From contig VGZY01000007.1 in NCBI GenBank assembly GCA_016872355.1, forward strand, positions 4,216 to 68,215: a DNA stretch of 64,000 nt, in the 5' to 3' direction. The notes under the pieces are model-generated. The model worked only from the letters and a program-made list of their open reading frames with translations. It was not told where the DNA came from and ran no database searches. This stretch comes from SAR202 cluster bacterium. Lineage in GTDB: Bacteria; Chloroflexota; Dehalococcoidia; Lucifugimonadales; VGZY01. Of the stretch, positions 20,500-30,109 are shown piece by piece. Each line of letters starts with the position of its first letter. The first letter of the stretch is position 1. The position numbers were made by a program, and so were the translations under genes.

Positions 20500-21063
20500 T
20501 CAAGGCGCCACGGACACAAAAGTGTCTATGACGACGTACGGGACGATTACGACGCCCACAAACCAGCCCACAAGCGTTCCGAGGGCCGCGCCGATCCAGT
20601 CGCTCTTCTGGACTTCGTGCATTGCAATTGCACCGGCGAAGAGTATCCACAACTGCGCGGCCAAGCCGATGAAATTCCCAACACCCGGAATGGAGCTAAA
20701 CATAAACAGCACGCCGGGCAGATAGCAAATCCCCAGGACGCGCAGCACGTCCCTGAACGAGCCGCCGCCGTGCATGAAGATTTTCCCCATCAGTACTGCG
20801 ATGCCCGCCCAAATAATCCACCCTACTAGCATCGTCAACACAGCCAGCCACAGGCCCAGCGCGCGCCCTCCGAGATCATCCAGAAGCGGCGGTACGTCTC
20901 TGCCGGCGTACCAGATGTTCAGATATCCGAATATGGTGGCGAACCCTGCCAGTATCACGATTCCGAGCGAATTCAGAACCAAATCCGGCCTCGCCGCCAC
21001 TTCTGCGTAGACGGTGCGGTCAAATTTCGCCGCGCGAATTCCCCGAGCGAACATTCCCTTCAT
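20500..21063 (-). CDS. Yip1-domain membrane protein
   Basis: About five hydrophobic helices, GGGSF..VLRVLG..Y.P pattern. Confidence 0.7.
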   Translation of the reverse strand: MKGMFARGIRAAKFDRTVYAEVAARPDLVLNSLGIVILAGFATIFGYLNIWYAGRDVPPLLDDLGGRALGLWLAVLTMLVGWIIWAGIAVLMGKIFMHGGGSFRDVLRVLGICYLPGVLFMFSSIPGVGNFIGLAAQLWILFAGAIAMHEVQKSDWIGAALGTLVGWFVGVVIVPYVVIDTFVSVAP

Positions 21064-21256
21064 TGAGAGTCCTTTCAACGCGGTTCCGCCCGATTGTAAC
21101 CCACGCCGCGAAGGCCGGTCTAGCAGCCTAAAGTCCATGTTCGTACAAGTAAGTTATAATGGGACTAATGGCCTATAGTGAGCGAAATATATAAATTACC
21201 AAGCGTGGAATCGTCGTATATAATTGTGCCGATTCGGCAGCTTTTCCTGACAGTGA

Positions 21257-22162
21257 ATGGACATTACCAACTTCCACCAGCTCTACATTTTCCACACCGT
21301 GGCAAGCATGGGCAGCTTCTCCGGGGCCGCCCGGTCGCTCTCCCTGAGCCAGCCTGCCGTGTCCATACAGGTGCGCGAGCTGGAAAAGTCTCTCGGCTCT
21401 CCACTCTTCTACCGCACCCGTCGCGGACCTATGCTCACTGACATTGGCCGCGCCGTCCATGAGTACACCCAGCGGATATTCGCGCTCGCCGATGAGATGC
21501 ACCAGAAGGTCCACGACATCCAGGGGCTCGCGGGAGGGCGCCTGACAATCGGATCAAGCTCCACCGCGGGTGAGCAGATCCTGCCATGGGTCATCGGCAA
21601 GTTCCAGAAGATCTACCCGGACGTGGACGTTTCCGTTTCCATCTCCAACACTGAAGACGTTCTCACTAAAATCAGGAACCGGGAGATGGACCTGGGCATG
21701 GCCGGCGCCAGCGTAGATATTGAAGGGCTGGCCTCCTTCCCGTACGTTGAAGACGAGATTGTGTTCGTGTCGGCGCCCTCTCATCACCTCGCGGCTATGG
21801 AGTCCGTTCCGGTTGCGGCACTGCTGTCCGAGCGGTTCGTGATGCGCGAGGTCGGCTCTGCAACCCGCAGGATTGCCGCCCAGTGCCTTGCGGAAATGCA
21901 GCTCCCTGTAAAGATATCGGTTGAGCTGGGCGGCAACGAAGCGGTCAAGCGGGCTGTGCAGGCGGGGCTGGGGCTGGGGATGGTCTCCCGGTTCTCCGCC
22001 GCGCCGGACATCCAGGCCGGGCTCCTCACGCGACTCCAGGTTGAGGGCTGGGCGTGCAAGCGCTCTCTCTACGTCTTCTACCGCATGGACAGGCACCTGC
22101 CGGCGGCCCAGCAGGCTTTCCTTACCTTCTTGCAGCAGGAACACCCCCTCCCACCCTCTTGA
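21257..22162 (+). CDS. LysR-family transcriptional regulator
   Basis: SFSGAARSLSLSQPAVSIQVRELE HTH; RE.GS.TR, AVKRAV.AGLG. Confidence 0.95.
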   Translation: MDITNFHQLYIFHTVASMGSFSGAARSLSLSQPAVSIQVRELEKSLGSPLFYRTRRGPMLTDIGRAVHEYTQRIFALADEMHQKVHDIQGLAGGRLTIGSSSTAGEQILPWVIGKFQKIYPDVDVSVSISNTEDVLTKIRNREMDLGMAGASVDIEGLASFPYVEDEIVFVSAPSHHLAAMESVPVAALLSERFVMREVGSATRRIAAQCLAEMQLPVKISVELGGNEAVKRAVQAGLGLGMVSRFSAAPDIQAGLLTRLQVEGWACKRSLYVFYRMDRHLPAAQQAFLTFLQQEHPLPPS

Positions 22163-22234
22163 GTCCCCTCCTTGCCGGGCCTTCTCAGGGCAGGTATTCT
22201 TGTTTGCGCCCAGCACGCCCCCAAGGAGTCCCAG

Positions 22235-23131
22235 GTGAAGCACCTCAAGCTCGGCCGCGTCTATTACGAGATAAGCCGCAACAATCCCTCCGCGCTTTCA
22301 ATATCTCCCGGAGAAACGGTCCGTCTCGAGACCGAAGATACCTTCAACGGCCTCGTCCGGAAGGAAGGCGACCACCGCGACCTCAAGCGCAAGCCCTGGG
22401 GCAACCCGCAGTCCGGCCCTATCTTTGTGGAGGGCGCGGAGAAGGGGGATACCCTTTCGGTCGAGATACTCAAGATAGACCCGCTCAGGGGGCAAGCGGC
22501 TAACGACATGTCGTGGGGCGCGCGTGGAATGGGCGACTTCCTCGGCCCCGACGTGCCGCGCAACACGCGCATCGCCCCGATCCGCGACGGCAAGGTGTGG
22601 TGGAGCCCGAAGGTTGCGATCCCTTACGCGCCAATGATCGGCACCATCGGCACCGCCCCGGAGATGGGCGCGCCCACAACGTTCCCTGCCGGCCCTTACG
22701 GCGGCAACATGGATATCAAAGAGGTCACCGTGGGCGCGACGGTCTACCTGCCTGTATACGTTCCCGGCGCGCTCCTGCATGTCGGCGACGGCCACGCTGC
22801 GCAAGGGGACGGCGAGGTCTGCGGCACGGCGCTGGAAATGCCCGCGGACATCACGATCAAGGTTGACCTCGTGAAGGGCAAGACCATCCAGCGGCCCCGC
22901 ATCCGCAATGCGACAGAGATTATGGCCGTGGCCACCGGCACGCCGATGGAGCGATCGGTGGCGCAGGCCTACGCGGACCTCATTCTCTGGATGGAGGAGG
23001 AGTTCGGCGTCAATCGCTGGGACGCCTACAGCCTCTGTACGATGGTCGGGGCCGTCTCGGTAGGCTACCACTTCCTCGGCACGGTCGCCGCAAAGATCGA
23101 GCTTGAATACGTTCAGGCAGCAGCCAAATAA
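22235..23131 (+). CDS. Acetamidase/formamidase family protein
   Basis: NPQSGPIFVEGA, GGNMD, GDGHAAQGDGE; AAGGAG RBS. Confidence 0.9.
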   Translation: MKHLKLGRVYYEISRNNPSALSISPGETVRLETEDTFNGLVRKEGDHRDLKRKPWGNPQSGPIFVEGAEKGDTLSVEILKIDPLRGQAANDMSWGARGMGDFLGPDVPRNTRIAPIRDGKVWWSPKVAIPYAPMIGTIGTAPEMGAPTTFPAGPYGGNMDIKEVTVGATVYLPVYVPGALLHVGDGHAAQGDGEVCGTALEMPADITIKVDLVKGKTIQRPRIRNATEIMAVATGTPMERSVAQAYADLILWMEEEFGVNRWDAYSLCTMVGAVSVGYHFLGTVAAKIELEYVQAAAK

Positions 23132-23154
23132 CGCTGCGACCGTTCATTGTTCCT

Positions 23155-23236
23155 GTAGCCCGCGCGATTCATGGCGCCTGTCTCGCTCGCCAGCCAGGAC
23201 TCAATTAGACAAAGGCGCGATGAATCGCGCGATTAC
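23155..23236. repeat. Inverted GTAG-type REP pair
   Basis: GTAGCCCGCGCGATTCATGGCGCCT ... AGGCGCGATGAATCGCGCGATTAC. Confidence 0.7.
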
Positions 23237-23263
23237 ATTAAGAACCACCTGAGAGGCCCCTAG

Positions 23264-23890
23264 TTGTCTTTCCTTCCCCCAACCTCCTCCATCGCGCTCA
23301 AAGAGTGGGCCGTGGCGGTGAACGCCATGCTCTCCGGCGAGCTGATCGTCATACTCCGCAAGGGAGGCATCCACCGCGACGATAAAGAGTTCCGGATTCT
23401 TCACCCGGAGTTCCTGCTCTTTCCGACGTACGAGCACCAGAAGGCAGAGCTTCTCCGGCCGGAGCACCACAACGCCCTGGAGCGGTCGATGGCAGAGGAC
23501 GACGTGCCCGGCCTGGTTACCATTTCGGCGTGGACCGAGGTGACGGACGTCTACGAGCTCAGGGAGGAGGACGCGCTTCAACGGATTTCCGCCTTCCACA
23601 TCTGGACCGACGAGTATGCCTCCAAGCGCCTCCACTGGCGACCGAAGCAACCGTTGATGGTGGCCCTTCTGCGAGTCTACAGGCTCCAGCAGCCGCAGGC
23701 GCTCCCCGTTCTGGACGAATACAACGGGTGCAAGTCCTGGGTAGACCTCGGCCAGGACGTGCCTCTCGGTTACATGACCCCGGCGCTCACGGACGCTGAA
23801 TACGAGGGCCGCGCGACGGAAGTCCGCAAGACTCTTGCCGCCCTCCCCGGCGTAACCACCGTCCCGGTCGCCGGGAAGCCGGGCATATGA
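23264..23890 (+). CDS. DUF1802-family protein
   Basis: ALKEWA, LRKGGI, FLLFPTYEHQ, GCKSWVDL. Confidence 0.85.
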   Translation: MSFLPPTSSIALKEWAVAVNAMLSGELIVILRKGGIHRDDKEFRILHPEFLLFPTYEHQKAELLRPEHHNALERSMAEDDVPGLVTISAWTEVTDVYELREEDALQRISAFHIWTDEYASKRLHWRPKQPLMVALLRVYRLQQPQALPVLDEYNGCKSWVDLGQDVPLGYMTPALTDAEYEGRATEVRKTLAALPGVTTVPVAGKPGI

Positions 23891-24879
23891 AGTACCGCGC
23901 CCTGGGAAAGACGGGCATAAAGGTGTCTGAAGTAGGATTCGGCCTGTGGACCCTGAGCTCAGTTCAGACACGAACGACTACGATGCAGGAAAGCGTCAAC
24001 CTGATCAGCGCGGCGCTTGACCTTGGGGTGAACTTCTTCGACACCGCCGATATCTATGCGGAAGGGTACTGCGAGGAGCTTCTTGCCACTGCGCTGCGGC
24101 GTCGCAGGCATGTCGCCGTCATCGGCGCGAAGGCCGGGTACGACTTCTATTCATTCAACCCGTTGCTACTGCCGGGCAAGAGACCGCAGAAATTCACGGC
24201 AGATCATATCCGGTACGCCTGCGAGAGAAGCCTCAAGCGGCTGGGGACGGACTACATCGACGTCCTCCAGCTTCACTATCCCGGATTGAACGTAATTGGT
24301 AAGGACGAGCTTTTCCGCGATCTCGAGAGGCTAACTGTGGAGGGGAAGGTCCGGAGCTGGGGAGTAGCGGCGGGCAATTCGCCTCAGGGCGCGGAGGTGG
24401 CGCTGGCCGTCATTGAGGAGCGCCGCGCGCCGTCAGCGCAGATACCGTTCAGCGCCGTTGACCAGCGTGCCGGCAGGCAAGTGTTCCCAAAGGCAGCGGC
24501 CGCCGGCGCGGGCGTGATTGTAAGGGCGCCGCTGGCCGGTGGGCTGCTCACTCCCTCAGGCGAGGCTGTGCGCGAGCCGGAAGAGGACTGGATGCAGATA
24601 ACGCCCGCGTTGCCCCCCCACGCTCGCAAAATTAGCGACGCGCTCACATTCCTTCCCCGCGAGCTCGGCGCCTCGCTGGCCCAGGTCGCGGTCAAGTACG
24701 CGCTGGCGATGCCGTCCGTCGCCACGGCGCTGCCGGACATGAGAAGCATGGAGCAAGTAGCGGAATTCACGGAAACATCGGACAAGCCCGAAATCCCCCA
24801 GGAGTACCTGGAGCGCATAGAAGAAATCTACGCTACTTACGACTCCAGGGGTCCCCGGGAGCGGCCATTGGGCGAGTAA
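23887..24879 (+). CDS. Aldo/keto reductase
   Basis: YRALGKTGIKVSEVGFG, DTADIY, SLKRLGTDYIDVLQLH. Confidence 0.93.
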   Translation: MKYRALGKTGIKVSEVGFGLWTLSSVQTRTTTMQESVNLISAALDLGVNFFDTADIYAEGYCEELLATALRRRRHVAVIGAKAGYDFYSFNPLLLPGKRPQKFTADHIRYACERSLKRLGTDYIDVLQLHYPGLNVIGKDELFRDLERLTVEGKVRSWGVAAGNSPQGAEVALAVIEERRAPSAQIPFSAVDQRAGRQVFPKAAAAGAGVIVRAPLAGGLLTPSGEAVREPEEDWMQITPALPPHARKISDALTFLPRELGASLAQVAVKYALAMPSVATALPDMRSMEQVAEFTETSDKPEIPQEYLERIEEIYATYDSRGPRERPLGE

Positions 24880-25487
24880 GACTGGCCTTCGGACTCGTCG
24901 TCAGCATCAGGATCCGGCGCGTCTTCATCAGTCTGTTCCAGGTCTGCTTCCAATTCGATCTCTTCCGGCTCCTCTGAGGGCTCCGCCTCTGCCGCTTCGA
25001 CTGCGACATCTCCACCGGCAGTCCGCCGCTGGGTCCGCTTCTTCACCCGCAGGCGCTTCATCTCGCCTTCGATGAGCCGGTAGTCCTTCTGCGGAAGAAG
25101 GTGGAGGGTATCGAAGAATGCGAGCGGCCAGTCTTCCGGCGCCCACCGTTTCACGTACTCCAGCCTCGGCCCGACCACCAGGGCATCGATGTAGTCCTCG
25201 GGGTCCATGACCATCATCGGCCGCATTTTCACGCGGAGCGGGAACGTCTCCCCCTGCCCGTCCTTGTTCCAGATCGGGGTCTCGTCCTCGTAGTACTTGG
25301 AGGTCACGATGGCGATGGCGGGCCACTTCCGCATACCCGTCACATATATAAGTACCCGGTCCTCGGGCTCCATCCTTCGCGCGCGCTTGCGCTGCTTCGC
25401 GGTCATTCCATAAACGGAGAAGCCCAGCGACTTTGTTACGCTAAACTGCTCCGGCGTCTGGACTACCATCCAGTAGTTTTTGGGCAT
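24837..25487 (-). CDS. EVE-domain protein with acidic C-terminal tail
   Basis: N-terminal YW, PEDRVLIYV, TSKYYED.TPIW, FP.RV; tail rich in E/D. Confidence 0.75.
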   Translation of the reverse strand: MPKNYWMVVQTPEQFSVTKSLGFSVYGMTAKQRKRARRMEPEDRVLIYVTGMRKWPAIAIVTSKYYEDETPIWNKDGQGETFPLRVKMRPMMVMDPEDYIDALVVGPRLEYVKRWAPEDWPLAFFDTLHLLPQKDYRLIEGEMKRLRVKKRTQRRTAGGDVAVEAAEAEPSEEPEEIELEADLEQTDEDAPDPDADDESEGQSYSPNGRSRGPLES

Positions 25488-25585
25488 AGGTTTGCATTTT
25501 CCAGCCGTCCGATTGTCACCCCGTGTATTCTACCATCCCATCCGGCGCCGCGCCGCCGGACTATCAAAGCAACTAGCCCAGACGG

Positions 25586-26803
25586 CTAAATCTCGCGAAT
25601 TACGTTGTACATATGCATAAAGAGCTTCGCGGCTTCTCGTATGAATCCCAGTGGGCCCACGCTCTTTGTCTTGTCCACGTGTAGCTGGACCTGCTTCTGG
25701 AAGAATGAGAACTCTGTATGGTACGTTCGATCGTCCTTTGAGAGGGCCGCGGCCATGCGTCGCGATTCCTCCGGCGGCACGAGCTTGTCTCCGCGGTCGT
25801 GCATGATAAGGACGCGCGCCGATATCTTGTCGATGTTGGTGCTCGGCGAGACCGCCCGCATGAACTCCCCTATCTGAGGCCCCAGCGTCGCCATCAGCCG
25901 CTCGGTATCCTCGAACGGCACGCCCTCCAGCAGCAGGTACGCCGCCCTGCCCTGCTCAGTCGCCATGCCGTTCCCCCCGAGGTCCGCCGCATCGTCGTTG
26001 TCCTTGAAGATGCGGGTGAGGAGTTCGCGGTCGCCTTCGTCCGGAACGCCCTCGATAACGTGGTGCCGGAACACGCCGAAGGTGAGCTTGTCCGTCTCCC
26101 ACGGCGTCACTTCGTTGCCGTCGAACCGGCAGCGGCACGCGATAGCCCTTGCCAGGTCGTACATGTCGTAATAGCCCGCGAACAGGTTTACGAACTTCAC
26201 GTGATGCCGGATTCGGTCATCCTCCGCGGCAACCATTGTCATTGACGCGCCGACGCATATGCCGCCCATGCCCACCCTGTCCGGGTCCACCTCATCCAGC
26301 GAGCGCAGGTACTGGAAGCCGAGGACCAGGTTATCGATATCTTCAACGACTATGTAGTTCTCCTCCTGTGTCTTCAGCCACGGCATCATGACCACCATTC
26401 CGGACCTGGCGAGCCCCTCGGCCAGCGCCACGACGCGCGGGTCGAAGCGCCCTCCCGGCACAACGCCCTGGAAAAAGAGCACCGCGCTGTGGCGGCCGCC
26501 ACCCGGAGGAAGATAGAGGTCGGCGACCGCCTGTCCGCCGTTCGACAATGGGTAATAGACCTCCCTGTATGCCGGGTCCCCCGTGAACCACACCTGGGGC
26601 TTGATCGGAATGGACGGCAGCACCTGCGGCACAAAGAGCGCGGTCTTGAACGCGGCCCTGCCCTGCGGGGTCACGAACAGCAGAGTGGCGATCAGAAACG
26701 CAAACACTGCTAGCGAGACTCCGGCGCGCAGCGCAATACGCCGCGCGCGGGGACTTTCCATCGTTCGGCGGAGTCTATCAAGTATGTTCGAGTACAAGGT
26801 CAA
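25586..26803 (-). CDS. Membrane-anchored alpha/beta-hydrolase-fold protein
   Basis: N-terminal TM helix, ADLYLP, VDPDRVGMGGICVG, VLIMHDRGD.LVP. Confidence 0.65.
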   Translation of the reverse strand: MTLYSNILDRLRRTMESPRARRIALRAGVSLAVFAFLIATLLFVTPQGRAAFKTALFVPQVLPSIPIKPQVWFTGDPAYREVYYPLSNGGQAVADLYLPPGGGRHSAVLFFQGVVPGGRFDPRVVALAEGLARSGMVVMMPWLKTQEENYIVVEDIDNLVLGFQYLRSLDEVDPDRVGMGGICVGASMTMVAAEDDRIRHHVKFVNLFAGYYDMYDLARAIACRCRFDGNEVTPWETDKLTFGVFRHHVIEGVPDEGDRELLTRIFKDNDDAADLGGNGMATEQGRAAYLLLEGVPFEDTERLMATLGPQIGEFMRAVSPSTNIDKISARVLIMHDRGDKLVPPEESRRMAAALSKDDRTYHTEFSFFQKQVQLHVDKTKSVGPLGFIREAAKLFMHMYNVIREI

Positions 26804-26901
26804 GCGGCGCCCTCAGTCAGGAGGTAAGACGCTCCGCGGCGTCTTTCCTGTATTATACTTACACAGTCTTCCCAAACCCGGAAAAGGATGGTCCGCGCCC
26901 A

Positions 26902-27609
26902 TTGACGAGCACTGGCCGGAGACCTAGTGTCGGCGCCATTATCGTCGCGGCGGGCAGCAGCCTGCGAATGAACGGCGTGGACAAGATAATGCTTGACCTG
27001 TCAGGCAGGCCGCTCCTGTCCTACGCCGTCCGGGCCTTCGAGGAGTCACCTAAAATTGACCGCATCGTCCTGGTCCTCTCGGAGCAGAACCAGACGGCCG
27101 GTAAGGGCCTTGTGGCCTCTGAAGGGTGGCGAAAGGTGGTGGGAGTCTGCACCGGCGGAGCCCGCAGGCAGGACTCGGTCCGAAACGGCATCGCGATGCT
27201 CGGCGACGTGGAGTGGACCATCGTGCACGATGGGGCAAGGCCATTCATTGACGGTCCAATGATCGCCCGCGGGCTGGCCGAGGCCGCCCGCACAGGCGCC
27301 TCAGTGGCCGGCGTCCCGGTGAAGGACACGATCAAGCGCGTGAGTGCGGAGCGGGTGGTCACGGAGACCGTGCCGCGGGATGGGCTCTGGTCCATTCAGA
27401 CGCCGCAGGTCTTTCGAACAGCCATCCTGCGGGACGCCCACGCGCGGGTGCCCGAGGATGTCACGGACGATGCTTCGATGGTCGAGCGGGCCGGCGGGGC
27501 CGTAACGATATTCGATGGCTCCCCGGACAACATCAAGGTCACGACGCCGGAAGACATCGCCATCGCCGGGGCGATCCTGAAGGCGCGGAGTGAGCGCGCC
27601 CCGGCGTAA
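26902..27609 (+). CDS. ispD: 2-C-methyl-D-erythritol 4-phosphate cytidylyltransferase
   Basis: AAGSS.RM..DK, RQDSV, HDGARP, QTPQ, TDD, NIKVTTPED. Confidence 0.96.
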   Translation: MTSTGRRPSVGAIIVAAGSSLRMNGVDKIMLDLSGRPLLSYAVRAFEESPKIDRIVLVLSEQNQTAGKGLVASEGWRKVVGVCTGGARRQDSVRNGIAMLGDVEWTIVHDGARPFIDGPMIARGLAEAARTGASVAGVPVKDTIKRVSAERVVTETVPRDGLWSIQTPQVFRTAILRDAHARVPEDVTDDASMVERAGGAVTIFDGSPDNIKVTTPEDIAIAGAILKARSERAPA

Positions 27610-27632
27610 GGGCCGGGCCCGGAGGACGGAAG

Positions 27633-28112
27633 ATGAACACACGCTCGGGCATAGGCTTCGATGTTCACCCGCTGGTCACGGGCCGCAGACTGGTGCTCGG
27701 CGGCGTCCATATCCCCTTCGAGAAGGGGCTGAAAGGTCATAGCGACGGAGATGCCCTCACGCATGCCATCATCGACGCCCTGCTGGGCGGCGCCGGCATG
27801 GGCGATATCGGCACGCACTTCCCTTCTTCCGACAAGTCCCTGAAGGATATCGACAGCCAGAAGCTGCTCGTGAACACGATGCGCCTGCTGGATATGCACG
27901 GCTGGCGAGCCACTTATGTTGATGCTACAATTATCGCCGAGCGCCCGGTGCTGAGGCCGCACTGCGACAGCATTAAAGCGGCGCTCGCGGTCTCCCTTGG
28001 TATTGATCCACGCAACGTCAATATCAAGGCCAAAACTACAGATGGGCTCGGGTTCACCGGCAGGGGCGAGGGCATCGCCGCCATGGCCATCGCAACCCTC
28101 CAACTACCATGA
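27633..28112 (+). CDS. ispF: 2-C-methyl-D-erythritol 2,4-cyclodiphosphate synthase
   Basis: GIGFDVH, GHSDGD, GDIGTHFP, KAKTT..LG. Confidence 0.97.
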   Translation: MNTRSGIGFDVHPLVTGRRLVLGGVHIPFEKGLKGHSDGDALTHAIIDALLGGAGMGDIGTHFPSSDKSLKDIDSQKLLVNTMRLLDMHGWRATYVDATIIAERPVLRPHCDSIKAALAVSLGIDPRNVNIKAKTTDGLGFTGRGEGIAAMAIATLQLP

Positions 28113-29470
28113 AGCTCTACAGCACCCTCACCGGCGCCATTCAGCCCCTTTCGCCACACGGCGACGCCGTCACGATGTACGTCTGCGGCATCACCCCATA
28201 CTCGCCGTCTCACGTAGGCCACGGTATGCGCTCCGTCATTTTCGACGTCCTTCGCCGCTACCTCGTCTACAGGGGCTACAAGGTCCGGCACGTTGAGAAC
28301 TTCACGGACATCGACGACAAGCTGATCAACAGCGCCGCGAAGCTGGGGTGCACATACCTGGAGCTTGCTGAAAAGCATATCCAGGACTATCTGAAGAACA
28401 TCGACGCGCTGAACGTGCAGCGCGCCCACGTATACCCTCGCGCCACCCAAGAAATCCCAAAGATTATTGAGATTATTGACGGGCTTATCAAGAAGGGTTA
28501 CGCCTACCGGTCCGAGGGAGATGTCTACTTCCGCGTGCGCCGGGACGATGACTACGGCAAGCTGAGCCACCGCTCGCTGGACGATATGAAGGCCGGAGCG
28601 CGGGTGGAAGTCGGCGAGCGCAAAGAGGACCCGATGGACTTCGCCCTCTGGAAGGGACAGAAGCCCGGCGAGCCTGCCTGGGGCAGCCCGTGGGGTCCGG
28701 GAAGGCCCGGCTGGCACATCGAGTGCAGCGCGATGTCGCTAAAGTACCTGGGCGAGACGATGGACATCCACGGCGGCGGCCAGGACCTGATCTTCCCTCA
28801 CCACGAGAACGAGATAGCCCAGACCGAGTCCTTCACGGGCGTTGTGCCGATGGCGCGCTTCTGGGTCCACAACGGCTTGCTTCAGCTCGGAAACGACAAG
28901 ATGAGCAAGTCGCTCGGCAACTTCATCACGCTAAGCGACCTGGTAAAGCTCGGCAGCCCGGACGCCATCCGCGTCTTCTTCTTGCAGTCGCACTACCGCA
29001 GCCCGCTCAGCTTCAGCGCGGATGGCATAGCGGCCCAGGAGCGCGCTCTCGAAAGGCTTCGCGCCGCGCTGGCGCCTGGAACAGGCACTGGCGACACTCT
29101 TGACCCGGCCCAGTACAGGGAGCGCTTCGACACGGCGATGGACGACGACCTGAATACGCCGCGCGCCGTCGCAGTGCTGTTCGACATTTCCCGCGACATC
29201 AACCGCGCCCGTACCGAGGGCCGCAACGTCGCCCCCGCACAGGCCGCCCTGCGCGAGATCGCCGGCGTCCTCGGCCTCACCCTGCAGGAGCGCAAGTCCT
29301 CCGCAGCCGACACCGACGTTGCGCCACTGATGGAGCTGCTCATAGAGACCCGCGCCGGCCTTCGCAAGGCCAAGCAGTACCAGCTGGCCGACCAGGTCCG
29401 CAACCGCCTCGCCGAGCTCGGCTACACCCTCGAAGATACCCCCTCCGGGACCGAGTGGAAGAAGGCCTAA
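28109..29470 (+). CDS. cysS: Cysteine--tRNA ligase
   Basis: MYVCG, HVGH, GRPGWHIECS, HGGG.DL.FPHHENE, KMSKS. Confidence 0.98.
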   Translation: MKLYSTLTGAIQPLSPHGDAVTMYVCGITPYSPSHVGHGMRSVIFDVLRRYLVYRGYKVRHVENFTDIDDKLINSAAKLGCTYLELAEKHIQDYLKNIDALNVQRAHVYPRATQEIPKIIEIIDGLIKKGYAYRSEGDVYFRVRRDDDYGKLSHRSLDDMKAGARVEVGERKEDPMDFALWKGQKPGEPAWGSPWGPGRPGWHIECSAMSLKYLGETMDIHGGGQDLIFPHHENEIAQTESFTGVVPMARFWVHNGLLQLGNDKMSKSLGNFITLSDLVKLGSPDAIRVFFLQSHYRSPLSFSADGIAAQERALERLRAALAPGTGTGDTLDPAQYRERFDTAMDDDLNTPRAVAVLFDISRDINRARTEGRNVAPAQAALREIAGVLGLTLQERKSSAADTDVAPLMELLIETRAGLRKAKQYQLADQVRNRLAELGYTLEDTPSGTEWKKA

Positions 29471-29491
29471 CACGGTTGAATCGAGGCTGTC

Positions 29492-30109
29492 ATGGCAGTC
29501 CTGAAAAACAAGGTAATATCTTCCGGCTTCAACCACGACATCCCTCTGCCCTACCAGCTACGGCTAGAAGACTTCCAGATCGCGATGCAGGATATTTACG
29601 ACTTTTTCTACGACGTTAACTCAGAACTGCTCGCAAAGGGCCTGCAGCGTCTGGACGATATGCTGCGGCCAGCCAACCTTTCCGGCCTGATTTCTGACAT
29701 GCTTACGGCTAGCCTGGCGAAGCATTCCCGGACGCTAACCCGGAACAGGTTCTTCAACGGCCACCCGGACCTTATCGTCCAGGGCGTGTACCCGGGCAAT
29801 AGCGTCAAAGCGGGCAAAGAGGGTATCGAAATCAAGTCGACCCGAAAGTCCGGAGGCGCCGTGGATACTCACGGCGCGAGAGAACAGTGGATGTGCGTGT
29901 TCGTGTACGCCGTGGACAACGATACTGAGCCCGCAACCGCGAGGTCACCGCTCACGTTCCTCGAGATTTACGTGGGTAAGGTGACCATAGAAGATTTCCG
30001 CAAGAACGCTCGAGGCGAACTCGGCACGCGTACTGCAACCCTTCACAAGGATGGAATCAAGAAGCTTCGGGAGGGTTGGCTTTACAAGGTGCCAGCGCTC
30101 AAGGTTTGA
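29492..30109 (+). CDS. Putative Type II restriction endonuclease (PD-(D/E)xK, ScaI-like appearance)
   Basis: GHPDL ... GIEIKS motif; converges on and overlaps a DNA methyltransferase; lower GC than flanks. Confidence 0.7.
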   Translation: MAVLKNKVISSGFNHDIPLPYQLRLEDFQIAMQDIYDFFYDVNSELLAKGLQRLDDMLRPANLSGLISDMLTASLAKHSRTLTRNRFFNGHPDLIVQGVYPGNSVKAGKEGIEIKSTRKSGGAVDTHGAREQWMCVFVYAVDNDTEPATARSPLTFLEIYVGKVTIEDFRKNARGELGTRTATLHKDGIKKLREGWLYKVPALKV

